64,000 bases of DNA, from contig CBDCSU010000004.1 of NCBI GenBank assembly GCA_965221775.1, positions 1 through 64,000 on the forward strand. Reading direction: 5' to 3'. Position 1 is the stretch's first letter, and each line of letters opens with the position of its first letter. The translations under genes were made by a program, and so were the position numbers. The notes below the pieces were generated by a model. That model had not been told where the DNA came from, searched no databases, and was given only the letters and a program-made list of their open reading frames with translations. The stretch comes from Candidatus Latescibacterota bacterium. GTDB taxonomy: Bacteria > Latescibacterota > UBA2968 > UBA8231. This document shows, one piece after another, positions 8,839 to 17,712 of the stretch.

Positions 8839-10473
8839 ATGACGGACCACCCGCAGTTGGACCCCCGGCCGGGGCCGGATGGCGAGATCGCGGTGGAGGC
8901 GTGGGTGCGGACCTCGGCCGACCGGACCGAGGCGATGCAGCCCCTGGTCTCGCAGTGGAGGCCCGCGGAGATCCCCGAGTTCTCGGCGTACGACGCGACG
9001 CATACCGGCGGCCTCCTGTGCGCCGGCCACTACGGCGCCGTCTTCGACGGCCGCCACGTCTACTACTGTCCGATCCGCCCCTTCCGGCGCCGCGACAGCG
9101 TCCACGGCCACGTCCTCCGCTGCGACACCCACGCCGACTTCCACGATCCCTCGGCCTGGGAGGCCTTCGACGCGGGCCACACGGACGGCCTGACGACGGT
9201 GAGCTACTACGGGGCCTCCTTCGACGGGCGCCACGTGATCTTCACCCCGCGCGAGGACCTGCAGGGCTACCACAGCCGCGTCCTGCGCTTCGAGGTGGGC
9301 CGCCCCTTCGGCGACCCCGCCTCGTGGAGCGCCCACGACGCCGGCCTGCCCGTCTCGGGGCAGGGGGCGGCCACCGACGGCCGCTACGTCTACTTCCCGC
9401 CGGGCTACGAGAGCGTCCCCGGCCGGCCCTTCGACGAGAGCGTGCTCAGCGGGCGGGTGCTGCGCCTGGACACGCACGGAGAGTTCCGCGATCCCGGCAG
9501 CTACCAGGTCTTCGACACCTCCCGCCTGTCGCCCGAGGCGGTCTGCTTCGACGGCGGCGCCTTCGACGGGCGCTACATCTACCTCGTCCCACTCATCCAC
9601 GGCGTCGTCGCCCGCCATGACACCCAGGGCCGCTTCGACGACCCCGCCGCCTGGGAGGTCCACGACGCCCGCCCCCACGGACTGGGCATGAATGTGGGCG
9701 CCGTCTACGACGGCCGCTGGCTCTACTTCTGCGCCTACGGCCACAGCCGCATGGTGCGCTACGACACGACCCGTCCCTTCGCCGCCGCCGACGCCTGGGA
9801 GAGTTGGGAAGCCGGCGGCACCGACGGGCTGGACACGGGCGGTTTCGACGGCGGCTTCTTCGACGGCCGCTACGTCTACTACTGCCCCTGGACGCGGACC
9901 GTGGCGCCGGGCGAGATCCCCTTTCACTGCAACTTCCTGCGCTACGACACGACCCGCCCCTTCGCCGAGGCCGGCAGCTGGTCGGCGTACGACGCCTCCA
10001 GTACCGACGGCCTTCACACCGTCGGCTACAACGCCGGCGCCTTCGACGGCCGCTACTTCTACGGGGCGCCGCTCTTCGACGGGCGGGGGGAGGCCTACCA
10101 CGGCCGGGTGCTGCGCTGCGACACCCTCGGGGGCGGCGGCGCCTTCAGCCTGCGCTACGGGGACTACGGGCACAACGGCGGCCTCTGCGCCGCGGTCCCG
10201 GGGCCCAGCTTCCTGATCAACACCGAGCAAGGCGTGCGCAGCGTCGCCGCGCACCGCAGGCTGGAGCCGGGGGCCCACCACCTGGCCGGGGTCTACGACG
10301 GCCGCAGCCTGAGCCTGTATGTCGACGGCGAGCTGGCCGCCCGGCGCCAGGCCTCGGGCCGGCTGGTGGAGTGCGACGCCGGGGTGACCGTGGGCGGGCT
10401 GAGCGGCGGGTCGGCCCGCTTCGAGGGCACGGTGGAACGGGCGCGGATCACCCCGGCGGCGGTGAAGCCATGA
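8839..10473 (+). CDS. Hypothetical protein: seven 'FDGRYVY' repeats (probable beta-propeller) inserted in a LamG-like jelly-roll domain
   Basis: Seven G.xFDGR(Y/H/W)xY repeats; N-terminal 'IAVEAWVR' and C-terminal 'HHLAGVYDGRSLSLYVDG...FEGTV' LamG-like strands. Confidence 0.75.
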   Translation: MTDHPQLDPRPGPDGEIAVEAWVRTSADRTEAMQPLVSQWRPAEIPEFSAYDATHTGGLLCAGHYGAVFDGRHVYYCPIRPFRRRDSVHGHVLRCDTHADFHDPSAWEAFDAGHTDGLTTVSYYGASFDGRHVIFTPREDLQGYHSRVLRFEVGRPFGDPASWSAHDAGLPVSGQGAATDGRYVYFPPGYESVPGRPFDESVLSGRVLRLDTHGEFRDPGSYQVFDTSRLSPEAVCFDGGAFDGRYIYLVPLIHGVVARHDTQGRFDDPAAWEVHDARPHGLGMNVGAVYDGRWLYFCAYGHSRMVRYDTTRPFAAADAWESWEAGGTDGLDTGGFDGGFFDGRYVYYCPWTRTVAPGEIPFHCNFLRYDTTRPFAEAGSWSAYDASSTDGLHTVGYNAGAFDGRYFYGAPLFDGRGEAYHGRVLRCDTLGGGGAFSLRYGDYGHNGGLCAAVPGPSFLINTEQGVRSVAAHRRLEPGAHHLAGVYDGRSLSLYVDGELAARRQASGRLVECDAGVTVGGLSGGSARFEGTVERARITPAAVKP

Positions 10474-11594
10474 GGATCACCTCCCTGGAGCCGATCCCGG
10501 TCCTGGTGCCCCTGAAGAAGGGGATGACCACCAAGACCGCCCACGGCGAGCACATCGACTCCCCGTACGTGATGGTGAAGGTCCACACCGACGAGGGTAT
10601 CGTCGGGCTGGGGGAGGCGACCCTGTCGCCGCGCTGGAGCGGCGAGACCAGCCCCGGGTGCGCCGCCGCCATCTCGCAGGTGCTGGAGCCGGCCGTGAAA
10701 GGCGCCGATCCCCGGGACGTGCGCGGCGTCGCGCGGCGGATGGAGCAGGCCCTGAGCCTCAACCCCTTCACCCGGGCGGCGGTGGAGATGGCCTGCTGGG
10801 ACATCGCCGGCAAGGCCGCCGGCCTGCCCGTGTACCGCCTTCTCGGCGGCAAGGTGCGGGACACGGCGCCGATGAAGATGGTGGTGGGGGCCTTCGACCC
10901 GCCGAGGGCGGCCGACCTGGCTCAGCGGTTCCTCGACCGGGGGGTGCGCCACCTCAAGGTGAAGGTCGGCCTCGATCCGGCCGGCGACATCGAGCGCGTG
11001 CGCCGCGTGCGCGAGCTGGCCGGCCCCGGCGTCACCATCGGCGTCGACGCCAACTGCGGCTGGGACCTGGGGACGGCGCGCCGGACCCTGGCGGCGCTGG
11101 AGGCCTTCGGCATCACCTTCGCCGAGCAGCCCGTGGGCACGGAAGACCCGCGGGCCCTGGCCGCGGTGCGCCGCTCGACGCCGATCCCGGTCATGGCCGA
11201 CGAGAGCGTCTTCACCCCCCGGGAGGCGCTGGACCTGGTGCGCGCCGACGCCGCCGACATCCTCGCCGTCTACCCCGGCAAGAACGCGGGCCTTCTCGGG
11301 TCGCTCGCCGTGGCCGGGATCGCCGCCGCCGCCGGCCTGGTCTGCAGCATGGGCAGCAATCTCGAGCTGGGCGTGGCCACGGCGGCCATGCTGCACCTGG
11401 CCGTGGCCTGTCCGGCCATCGACAGCGAGCGCTATCCGGGGGACCTGCTCGGCCCCCTGTACCACGACGCCGACATGATCACCGAGCCCCTGGAGCTGGG
11501 GCCCGTGCACGCCGCCGTGCCGGAGGGCCCCGGCCTCGGCGTCGAGCTCGACGAGGACCAGGTCTCCCGCTACCGCGACCCCGGGCCGCCGTGA
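10470..11594 (+). CDS. Muconate cycloisomerase / mandelate racemase (enolase superfamily) enzyme
   Basis: GIVGLGEA, AAVEMACWDIAGK, KVKVG, VDANCGW, EQP, MADES, GPGLGVE. Confidence 0.9.
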   Translation: MRITSLEPIPVLVPLKKGMTTKTAHGEHIDSPYVMVKVHTDEGIVGLGEATLSPRWSGETSPGCAAAISQVLEPAVKGADPRDVRGVARRMEQALSLNPFTRAAVEMACWDIAGKAAGLPVYRLLGGKVRDTAPMKMVVGAFDPPRAADLAQRFLDRGVRHLKVKVGLDPAGDIERVRRVRELAGPGVTIGVDANCGWDLGTARRTLAALEAFGITFAEQPVGTEDPRALAAVRRSTPIPVMADESVFTPREALDLVRADAADILAVYPGKNAGLLGSLAVAGIAAAAGLVCSMGSNLELGVATAAMLHLAVACPAIDSERYPGDLLGPLYHDADMITEPLELGPVHAAVPEGPGLGVELDEDQVSRYRDPGPP

Positions 11595-11871
11595 GCCGCC
11601 CCTGCCCCACGGTGGAGGGCATGCCGGCTGCCTCGGCGCCGGCCGAGGTCTTCCTGCCGGCCGCCGCATCCGGGCCACACCGGGCCCCTGCGGCTGGCCG
11701 TGAACGGCGGGGAAGCGCCGGCCGTGGAGCCGTCGGGGCCCGGCGTCTCTGGTGTGGGAGCGGCGGGACCTGGAGAGGGGCGTCGGCATGTTCCCGGGCT
11801 TCGGCGGCGACCGCTGGTTCGACGATCCGCCGGCGGGGTTTGCGGGCCGACGGCGCGGGGCCTGATCCACG

Positions 11872-11900
11872 TTTACAGGGAGAAGCCCCTATGCTATACT
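11872..11900 (+). promoter_or_regulatory. Sigma70-type promoter TTTACA-N17-TATACT (extended -10), probably giving a leaderless lepB transcript
   Basis: TGCTATACT ends 7 nt before ATG 11908; no Shine-Dalgarno sequence. Confidence 0.65.
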
Positions 11901-11907
11901 CCGATTC

Positions 11908-12630
11908 ATGTCGATCGTGACCTCTCCCCGCCCCCGGGGCGGCGGCGCCCGCCAGTACGGATCCTCCATCATCGTCGCCGTCGGTCTCGCCCTGCTCATC
12001 CGCAGCTCGGTGGTGCAGGCCTTCTACATCCCCTCCGCCTCCATGGAGGACACCCTCCTCAAGGGCGACTACCTGCTGGCCAACAAGTTCATCTACGGCG
12101 CCCCCCTCGAGCTGCCGGGCATGGACGGACCCCTCTTCCGGCTACCCGCCCTCCGGGACCCGCAGCCGGGGGACATCGTCATCTTCCGCTCCCTCACCGA
12201 GCCGGGGCGCGATCTCATCAAGCGCTGCGTCGCCGTGGGGGGGCAGGTGGTGGAGATCCGTGACAAGGCGCTCATCGTCGACGGGAAGCCGTCCCGGCTG
12301 CCGACTCTGGGGAAGTACACCGAGGCGGCCTTCATGCCGGGCTCGATGAGCTCGCGCGACAACCTGGGCCCCCTGCGCGTCCCGGGGGGCCACTTCTTCA
12401 TGATGGGAGACAACCGCGACAACAGCAAGGACAGCCGCATCTTCGGGCCCGTCCCCAAGGAGCGCATCAAGGGGAAGGCGATGATCATCTACTGGTCCTC
12501 GACCCTGGTCCACGGCCCCCTGATCCGCGGCCTGCCGCAGATGGTGCTCGACGCGGGCAACTTCCTCCTGAACCTTCCCACCCTGCCCTTCCGGTCCCGC
12601 TACGGCAGACTGGGCACGGTCATCCACTAG
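11908..12630 (+). CDS. lepB: Signal peptidase I
   Basis: IPSASMEDTL (catalytic Ser), GDIVIF, LIKRCVA (catalytic Lys), MGDNRDNSKDSR. Confidence 0.95.
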   Translation: MSIVTSPRPRGGGARQYGSSIIVAVGLALLIRSSVVQAFYIPSASMEDTLLKGDYLLANKFIYGAPLELPGMDGPLFRLPALRDPQPGDIVIFRSLTEPGRDLIKRCVAVGGQVVEIRDKALIVDGKPSRLPTLGKYTEAAFMPGSMSSRDNLGPLRVPGGHFFMMGDNRDNSKDSRIFGPVPKERIKGKAMIIYWSSTLVHGPLIRGLPQMVLDAGNFLLNLPTLPFRSRYGRLGTVIH

Positions 12631-12643
12631 GAGCCTCTTCGCC

Positions 12644-14395
12644 ATCGCCGAGGACGGAGAACGCCCCGGCCGCCGCCCCCGCGGCGACGAGATCGACCCC
12701 TTCGAGGACGAGCGTTTCCGAGGCGGCGAGCCCGAGGAGGAGCAGCACGACGACGAGCCCCTGCGGCTCGTCGACCAGATCCTGCTGAGCCTGCCCGAGC
12801 GCGACCCGGCGCGTCCCCTGCTCTACCACCTGCGGCGGCAGCTGATGGAGCGCGAGATCACCTTCCAGGAGGCGCGGCGGACCCTCGTCGAGCTGGAGAC
12901 GGCGCTGGAGAAGGTCACGGCCCCCGCCAACCGGGTGGGCATCTTCCTCGGGTCGCCGAAGGAAGGGGTGGCCACCGTCTTCGTCAGCGGTTCCGAGTAC
13001 TACGCCAACATCGACCCGCGCGTGAACCCCGCCGATCTCACCGTGGGGGCGCGGGTGCTGATCAACGAGGCCTACGCCATCGTCGGGCTCCTGGGCTCCG
13101 CCCCGGCGGGGCCCGTGGCCCGCATCTCCGACCTGCTGGAGGACGGCCGGCTGCGCCTCGGCAACGAGCACGGCACCACCGACCTGGTCATCGAGCGCGC
13201 CCAGGCCCTCGCCGGCGTCGACCTGAAGGTGGGCGACGAGGTGCGCACCGACCCGTCGATGAAGGTCGCCCTGGAACGGCTGGCCTCGAAGGAGAGCCGC
13301 GAGTACTTCCTCGAGGACATCCCGCCGGTGCCCTGGAGCCGCATCGGCGGCCAGGAGGAGGCGATCCGGGCGATCCGCGACACGATCGAGCTGCCCGCCC
13401 TGCACCCGGAGCTGTTCGAGAGGTTCGAGTACTCCACGCCCAAGGGATTCCTGCTCTACGGCCCCCCGGGCTGCGGCAAGACCCTGATCGGCAAGGCCAC
13501 CGCCTACAGCCTGGTGCAGCACCTGCGCGAGGAGGAGGGCCTGCAGGTGGAGGAGTACTTCATGCACATCAAGGGGCCGGAGATCCTCAACATGTGGCTC
13601 GGCGAGACCGAGCGCATGGTCCGCGAGGTCTTCGCCCAGGCCCGGCAGAAGCGCAAGGAGGGCTTCCTGCCCTTCATCTTCATCGACGAGGCCGAGTCGA
13701 TCCTGGGCACGCGCCGGTCGATGCGCAGCCACCATATCGCCAACACCGTGGTCCCCATGTTCTGCACCGAGATGGACGGCATCGAGTCGCTGCAGGACGT
13801 GGTCATCATCCTCGCCTCCAACCGCCACGACCTGATCGACCCGGCGATCCTGCGCCCGGGGCGGATCGACCGCAAGATCAAGGTCGACCGGCCGGGGCGG
13901 GAGGCCGCCGAGGAGATCTTCGGCCTCTACCTGGCGCCCGGCCTGCCCCTCGACCCCGAGGCGGTGAGCGAGCACGGCAGCGCCGCGGCGGCGCGCCAGG
14001 CCCTGATCGGGGCGGCGGCGGCGGCCCTCTTCGCGCGCACCGAGGAGACCCGGGTGCTGGAGGTGGCGCTGCGCAGCGGCCGCACCGAGAGCCTCCACTT
14101 CGGGGACCTGGCCTCCGGGGCCCTCATCGACAACGTCGTGCAGCGCGCCAAGGAGACGGCGATCAAGCGGGCCATCGCCGCCGAGGACGCGGAGGCCGCC
14201 GGCGTCAGCGAGCAGGACCTGCTCGGGGCGGTGCGCGCCGAGTTCCGCGAGAGCGAGGTCTTCCCGCCCAGCGACAGCGTCGAGGACTGGCTCAAGCTCC
14301 TCGACTACGACCCCGACAACGTGGTGCGCGTCAACCCCCGCTCCGCCGCCGCCGACCGCCCCGCTCCCGCGGGCGCCTCCGGAAGCGTCATCTGA
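12644..14395 (+). CDS. arc: Proteasome-associated AAA+ ATPase (ARC/Mpa); probable start at ATC 12644, first ATG at 12845
   Basis: Coiled-coil and OB N-terminus, IELPALHPELF, Walker A GPPGCGKT, IKGPEILN, Walker B FIDE, IDPAILRPGRID; located in proteasome operon. Confidence 0.92.
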   Translation: MAEDGERPGRRPRGDEIDPFEDERFRGGEPEEEQHDDEPLRLVDQILLSLPERDPARPLLYHLRRQLMEREITFQEARRTLVELETALEKVTAPANRVGIFLGSPKEGVATVFVSGSEYYANIDPRVNPADLTVGARVLINEAYAIVGLLGSAPAGPVARISDLLEDGRLRLGNEHGTTDLVIERAQALAGVDLKVGDEVRTDPSMKVALERLASKESREYFLEDIPPVPWSRIGGQEEAIRAIRDTIELPALHPELFERFEYSTPKGFLLYGPPGCGKTLIGKATAYSLVQHLREEEGLQVEEYFMHIKGPEILNMWLGETERMVREVFAQARQKRKEGFLPFIFIDEAESILGTRRSMRSHHIANTVVPMFCTEMDGIESLQDVVIILASNRHDLIDPAILRPGRIDRKIKVDRPGREAAEEIFGLYLAPGLPLDPEAVSEHGSAAAARQALIGAAAAALFARTEETRVLEVALRSGRTESLHFGDLASGALIDNVVQRAKETAIKRAIAAEDAEAAGVSEQDLLGAVRAEFRESEVFPPSDSVEDWLKLLDYDPDNVVRVNPRSAAADRPAPAGASGSVI

Positions 14396-14398
14396 CGG

Positions 14399-15931
14399 AT
14401 GTTCGGCCTGGAGACCGAGTACGGGATCCAGGTCGACGGCGTCGACGATCTCGACGTCGTCGTCGAGTCGATGGAGCTGATCCGCTGCTACCTGCGGGAG
14501 GACTTCGTCGCCCGCTGGGACTACGGCCTCGAGAACCCGCGCCGCGACATGCGCGGCTTCGAGGTCGACGGGCTGCTGAACGACCGCGACGAGACCGAGC
14601 ACCTGCAGAAGGACCGGGCCCGCAAGATCCCCCTGAAGGACCTCAAGTCCGACCTCATCCTCGGCAACGGCGCCCGCCTCTACAACGACCACACCCATCC
14701 CGAGTACAGCACCGCCGAGTGCCTGACCCTGGCCGACCTGGTGGCCCAGGACCGCGCCGGCGAGGCGATCCTCCGGCACTGCGCGCGCCGGCGCAGCGCC
14801 AGCCGCGGCCGGGGGGTGGTGCGCCTCTACAAGAACAACACCGACTTCGACGGCCACAGCTACGGCTGCCACGAGAACTACCTGCTGCCGCGGTCGATCC
14901 CCTTCGACGACGTCATCGCCGCCCTGCTGCCCTTCCTGGTGACGCGCCAGATCTACGCCGGCGCCGGCAAGGTCGGGGTGGAGACCGACTCCCGGGCCGA
15001 CCTCGGCCTCTACCAGCTGGCCCAGAGGTCCGACTTCTTCGAGGTCATCGCCAGCGTCGACACCATGACCCGCCGGCCCCTGGTCAACACCCGCGACGAG
15101 CCCCACGCCGACGCCGCCCGCTACCGGCGCCTGCACATCATCATCGGCGACGCCAACCTCTGCGAGTGGGCCACGGCGCTGAAGGTGGGGGCCCTGCGCC
15201 TCGTCCTGGATCTGCTGGTGGCCGGCAAGGCCCCGCGGCTGGTCCTCGCCGACCCGGTGGGCGCCGTGAAGGCGGTCAGCCGCGACCCCCGCCGCCGCTG
15301 GGAGGTGGAGCTGGAGGACCGCCGCCGGACCACGGCCATCGAGATCCAGCGCGCCTACCTCGAGGGCGCCCGGGAGCTGGCCGCCGGCCGCGACGCCGAG
15401 ACCGACTGGGTCCTGGGGGAGTGGGGCTTCGCCCTCGACGCCCTCGGCGGCGACCCGGCGCCACTGATCGGCCGCTGCGACTGGGTGACCAAGAAGTGGC
15501 TCCTCGACGCCTTCGCCGAGGCCGAAGGGCTCGACTGGAACGACCCCGGCCACCGCGCCTGGCTGCAGAGCCAGGATCTGGAGTACCACAACGTCGATCC
15601 GGGGGAGGGGCTGTTCCTGCTGCTGGAGCGCTCCGAGGAGGGCGGCGTCTACCGTCTGAGCGACGCCGCCGCCGTCGACCGCGCCCTCGTGCAGCCGCCG
15701 GAGCGCACGCGGGCGCGTTTCCGCGGCCGGGCGGTGGAGAAGTTCGGTCCCGCCGTGCGCTCGCTGAACTGGGACAGCATCGAATTCCAGGTCGACGGCA
15801 GGCTCGCCACGGTCGATCTGAAGTGTTGTGTCGACGCCGATTCGGCGGCTATCTTCAACGACAAGCTCGACCGGGCGGGGTCGGTGGCCGAGTTGCTTCA
15901 GGCCCTGTCCGAAGCGGTGCCGGAGCGGTGA
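14399..15931 (+). CDS. dop: Pup/UBact deamidase-depupylase Dop
   Basis: FGLETEYG, Dop-type NGARLYNDHTHPEYS, KNNTD..GHSYGCHENY, NTRDEPHAD, RRLHIIIGDAN. Confidence 0.88.
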   Translation: MFGLETEYGIQVDGVDDLDVVVESMELIRCYLREDFVARWDYGLENPRRDMRGFEVDGLLNDRDETEHLQKDRARKIPLKDLKSDLILGNGARLYNDHTHPEYSTAECLTLADLVAQDRAGEAILRHCARRRSASRGRGVVRLYKNNTDFDGHSYGCHENYLLPRSIPFDDVIAALLPFLVTRQIYAGAGKVGVETDSRADLGLYQLAQRSDFFEVIASVDTMTRRPLVNTRDEPHADAARYRRLHIIIGDANLCEWATALKVGALRLVLDLLVAGKAPRLVLADPVGAVKAVSRDPRRRWEVELEDRRRTTAIEIQRAYLEGARELAAGRDAETDWVLGEWGFALDALGGDPAPLIGRCDWVTKKWLLDAFAEAEGLDWNDPGHRAWLQSQDLEYHNVDPGEGLFLLLERSEEGGVYRLSDAAAVDRALVQPPERTRARFRGRAVEKFGPAVRSLNWDSIEFQVDGRLATVDLKCCVDADSAAIFNDKLDRAGSVAELLQALSEAVPER

Positions 15932-15947
15932 GACGAGGGAGCCTGCA

Positions 15948-16139
15948 ATGACCCGAGGATTCGAACTGGGCGAGCGAAGCACCCGGCCGCGGCCGATGGA
16001 CGGCGGCGACGACGGCGGCGACGACCAGGGGCCGCGGCGGCCCAAGGTGGAGCGCCCCGACACCGACGACCTGCTGCGCCGCATGCGCCGGGTCGATCCG
16101 AACCAGGCGCGCCGCTACCGCCAGCGCACGGGCCAGTAG
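15948..16139 (+). CDS. ubact: Ubiquitin-like protein UBact (63 aa)
   Basis: Small, disorder-prone protein between dop and prcB ending LLRRMRRVDPNQARRYRQRTGQ, matching the UBact R[T/S]G[E/Q] terminus; GGGAG RBS. Confidence 0.9.
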   Translation: MTRGFELGERSTRPRPMDGGDDGGDDQGPRRPKVERPDTDDLLRRMRRVDPNQARRYRQRTGQ

Positions 16140-16163
16140 CCCGGACGGTGCATCCGCGGCGCC

Positions 16164-16937
16164 ATGGAGAGCGCCGACTTCCTCAACATCCTCAAGGAGC
16201 GGGGGCAGCTGCCGTCCGCCCCCGATGTCCCGGCCTCGGCGGCCTCGGCGGGAGAGGCGATCGAGGGCACGACGATCCTCGCCGTGCGCTGCGCCGAGGG
16301 GGTCCTGGTCGCCGGCGACCGCCGCGCCACGGCGGGCCACACCGTCATCCACGACCGCGCCGACAAGGTGCTCTCCGTCGACGACCGCTCGGTGCTGGCC
16401 CTGTCCGGGTCTCCGGCCAGCGCCTACGAGATCGCCCGCATGCTCGAGATCTCCTTCCAGCACTACCGCCGCACCCAGCTGCAGGAGCTGAGCCTCGACG
16501 GCCGCCTGCGCACCCTGTCGCGGCTGCTGCGCGAGAACCTGCCCCTGGCCCTGCAGGGGATCGGCGCCGTGGTCCCCATCTACGCCACCTGCGAGGACGC
16601 CGGCTCCGGTCCCGAGGGCAAGATCTTCTTCTACGACGTCCTCGGCGCCACCTTCGAGTCCGTCGACTTCTGCACCACCGGGTCCGGCTCGCCGATCATC
16701 CGCGGCGCCCTCTACTACATGAACCGCTGGGAGCGGCCCTTCGCCGAGCGCAGCGGCGGCGAGGCCCTGGAGCTGGTGGTGAAGATGCTGGAGACGGCGG
16801 CCGAGTACGACACCGCCACGGGCGGCTTCAAGGCGACGGCCGCCATCTATCCCCAGGTGATGCGGGTCACCGCCGAGGGCATCTCCGCGGTCCCCGAAGG
16901 GGAGCTGGCGCAGGTCTACGCCGGGCTGGGCGGCTGA
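16164..16937 (+). CDS. prcB: 20S proteasome beta subunit
   Basis: Propeptide then G|TTILA (Thr1 nucleophile), AGDRRATAG, TGSGS, DTATGG. Confidence 0.93.
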   Translation: MESADFLNILKERGQLPSAPDVPASAASAGEAIEGTTILAVRCAEGVLVAGDRRATAGHTVIHDRADKVLSVDDRSVLALSGSPASAYEIARMLEISFQHYRRTQLQELSLDGRLRTLSRLLRENLPLALQGIGAVVPIYATCEDAGSGPEGKIFFYDVLGATFESVDFCTTGSGSPIIRGALYYMNRWERPFAERSGGEALELVVKMLETAAEYDTATGGFKATAAIYPQVMRVTAEGISAVPEGELAQVYAGLGG

Positions 16938-17707
16938 TGCTGGACGAGCCCTACCGCTGGGTCGAGGCGATCCGCAACCGGCGCGAGTACACCGAGGACC
17001 AGCTCGCCGGGGCCAGCCCCGTGGTCGCCCTGGCCTACGACGACGGCCTGCTGCTGCTCACCTCGACGCCGGGGCCGCGCAAGCTTTTCGAGGTCTACAA
17101 CCAGGTCGCCTTCGCCGGCATCGGCCATCCCGCCGACATCGAGAAGCTGCGCAAGGCGGTCATCGACATCGCCCACGTGGAGGTCTTCAACCTGTCGGCC
17201 AGCGACGTCTCCCTGCAGCGGCTGGTCAACCTCGGCGTGGGGCCGCTGATGAAGTCCGCCTTCGACGAGATCTTCCGCTCGCCCTACATCGCCCGCGTCC
17301 TGGTGGCCGAGCTCGACCCGGCGGCGGCGGCGGAGACGTTCTACACCATCGATCCCGACGGCTCCTTCCACAGCGCCGCCGGGGCCGCCGCCATCGCCGG
17401 CTCCTCCGAGGCGGCCGGGTCCATCCTGGCGAGGCTGCGCGCCGGCGAGGGCGGCGAGTCCCTCGACCAGGCCCTGGCCCGCGCCCTTGGCGCCTGGGGC
17501 GCCGGACGCGTCCTGGCCGGCCGCGAGCCTGACGAGACGGGGAAGCCGGGGGAGGTGGACGACGGGGAGGTGCGGGAGGCGGTGCGCGCCGCCCTCGACG
17601 GGGGCCGCTTCGAGGCCGCCGTCCTCGAGCGCAGCCGTCCCACGAAGACCAAGTTCCGGCTGCTGGGCCCCGGCGAGCTGGAGTCCTCCGTGGCCGCCTT
17701 CGAGTAG
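16937..17707 (+). CDS. prcA: 20S proteasome alpha subunit
   Basis: MLDEPYRWVEA, SPVVALAY, KLFEVYNQVAFAGIG, EAAVLERSR; TGATG overlap with prcB. Confidence 0.88.
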   Translation: MLDEPYRWVEAIRNRREYTEDQLAGASPVVALAYDDGLLLLTSTPGPRKLFEVYNQVAFAGIGHPADIEKLRKAVIDIAHVEVFNLSASDVSLQRLVNLGVGPLMKSAFDEIFRSPYIARVLVAELDPAAAAETFYTIDPDGSFHSAAGAAAIAGSSEAAGSILARLRAGEGGESLDQALARALGAWGAGRVLAGREPDETGKPGEVDDGEVREAVRAALDGGRFEAAVLERSRPTKTKFRLLGPGELESSVAAFE

Positions 17708-17712
17708 GTCCC

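Noticed and set aside
14393-14395. Selenocysteine recoding of the arc TGA
   Set aside because: No recognisable SECIS hairpin and no Cys-equivalent position; dop has its own ATG.
12620-16084. Very long antisense or alternative-frame ORFs (e.g. 12620-16084, 19020-22160, 50989-54633, 56589-59327)
   Set aside because: Shadow ORFs expected at this GC content; Arg/Pro/Gly/Ala-rich or antisense to well-supported genes.
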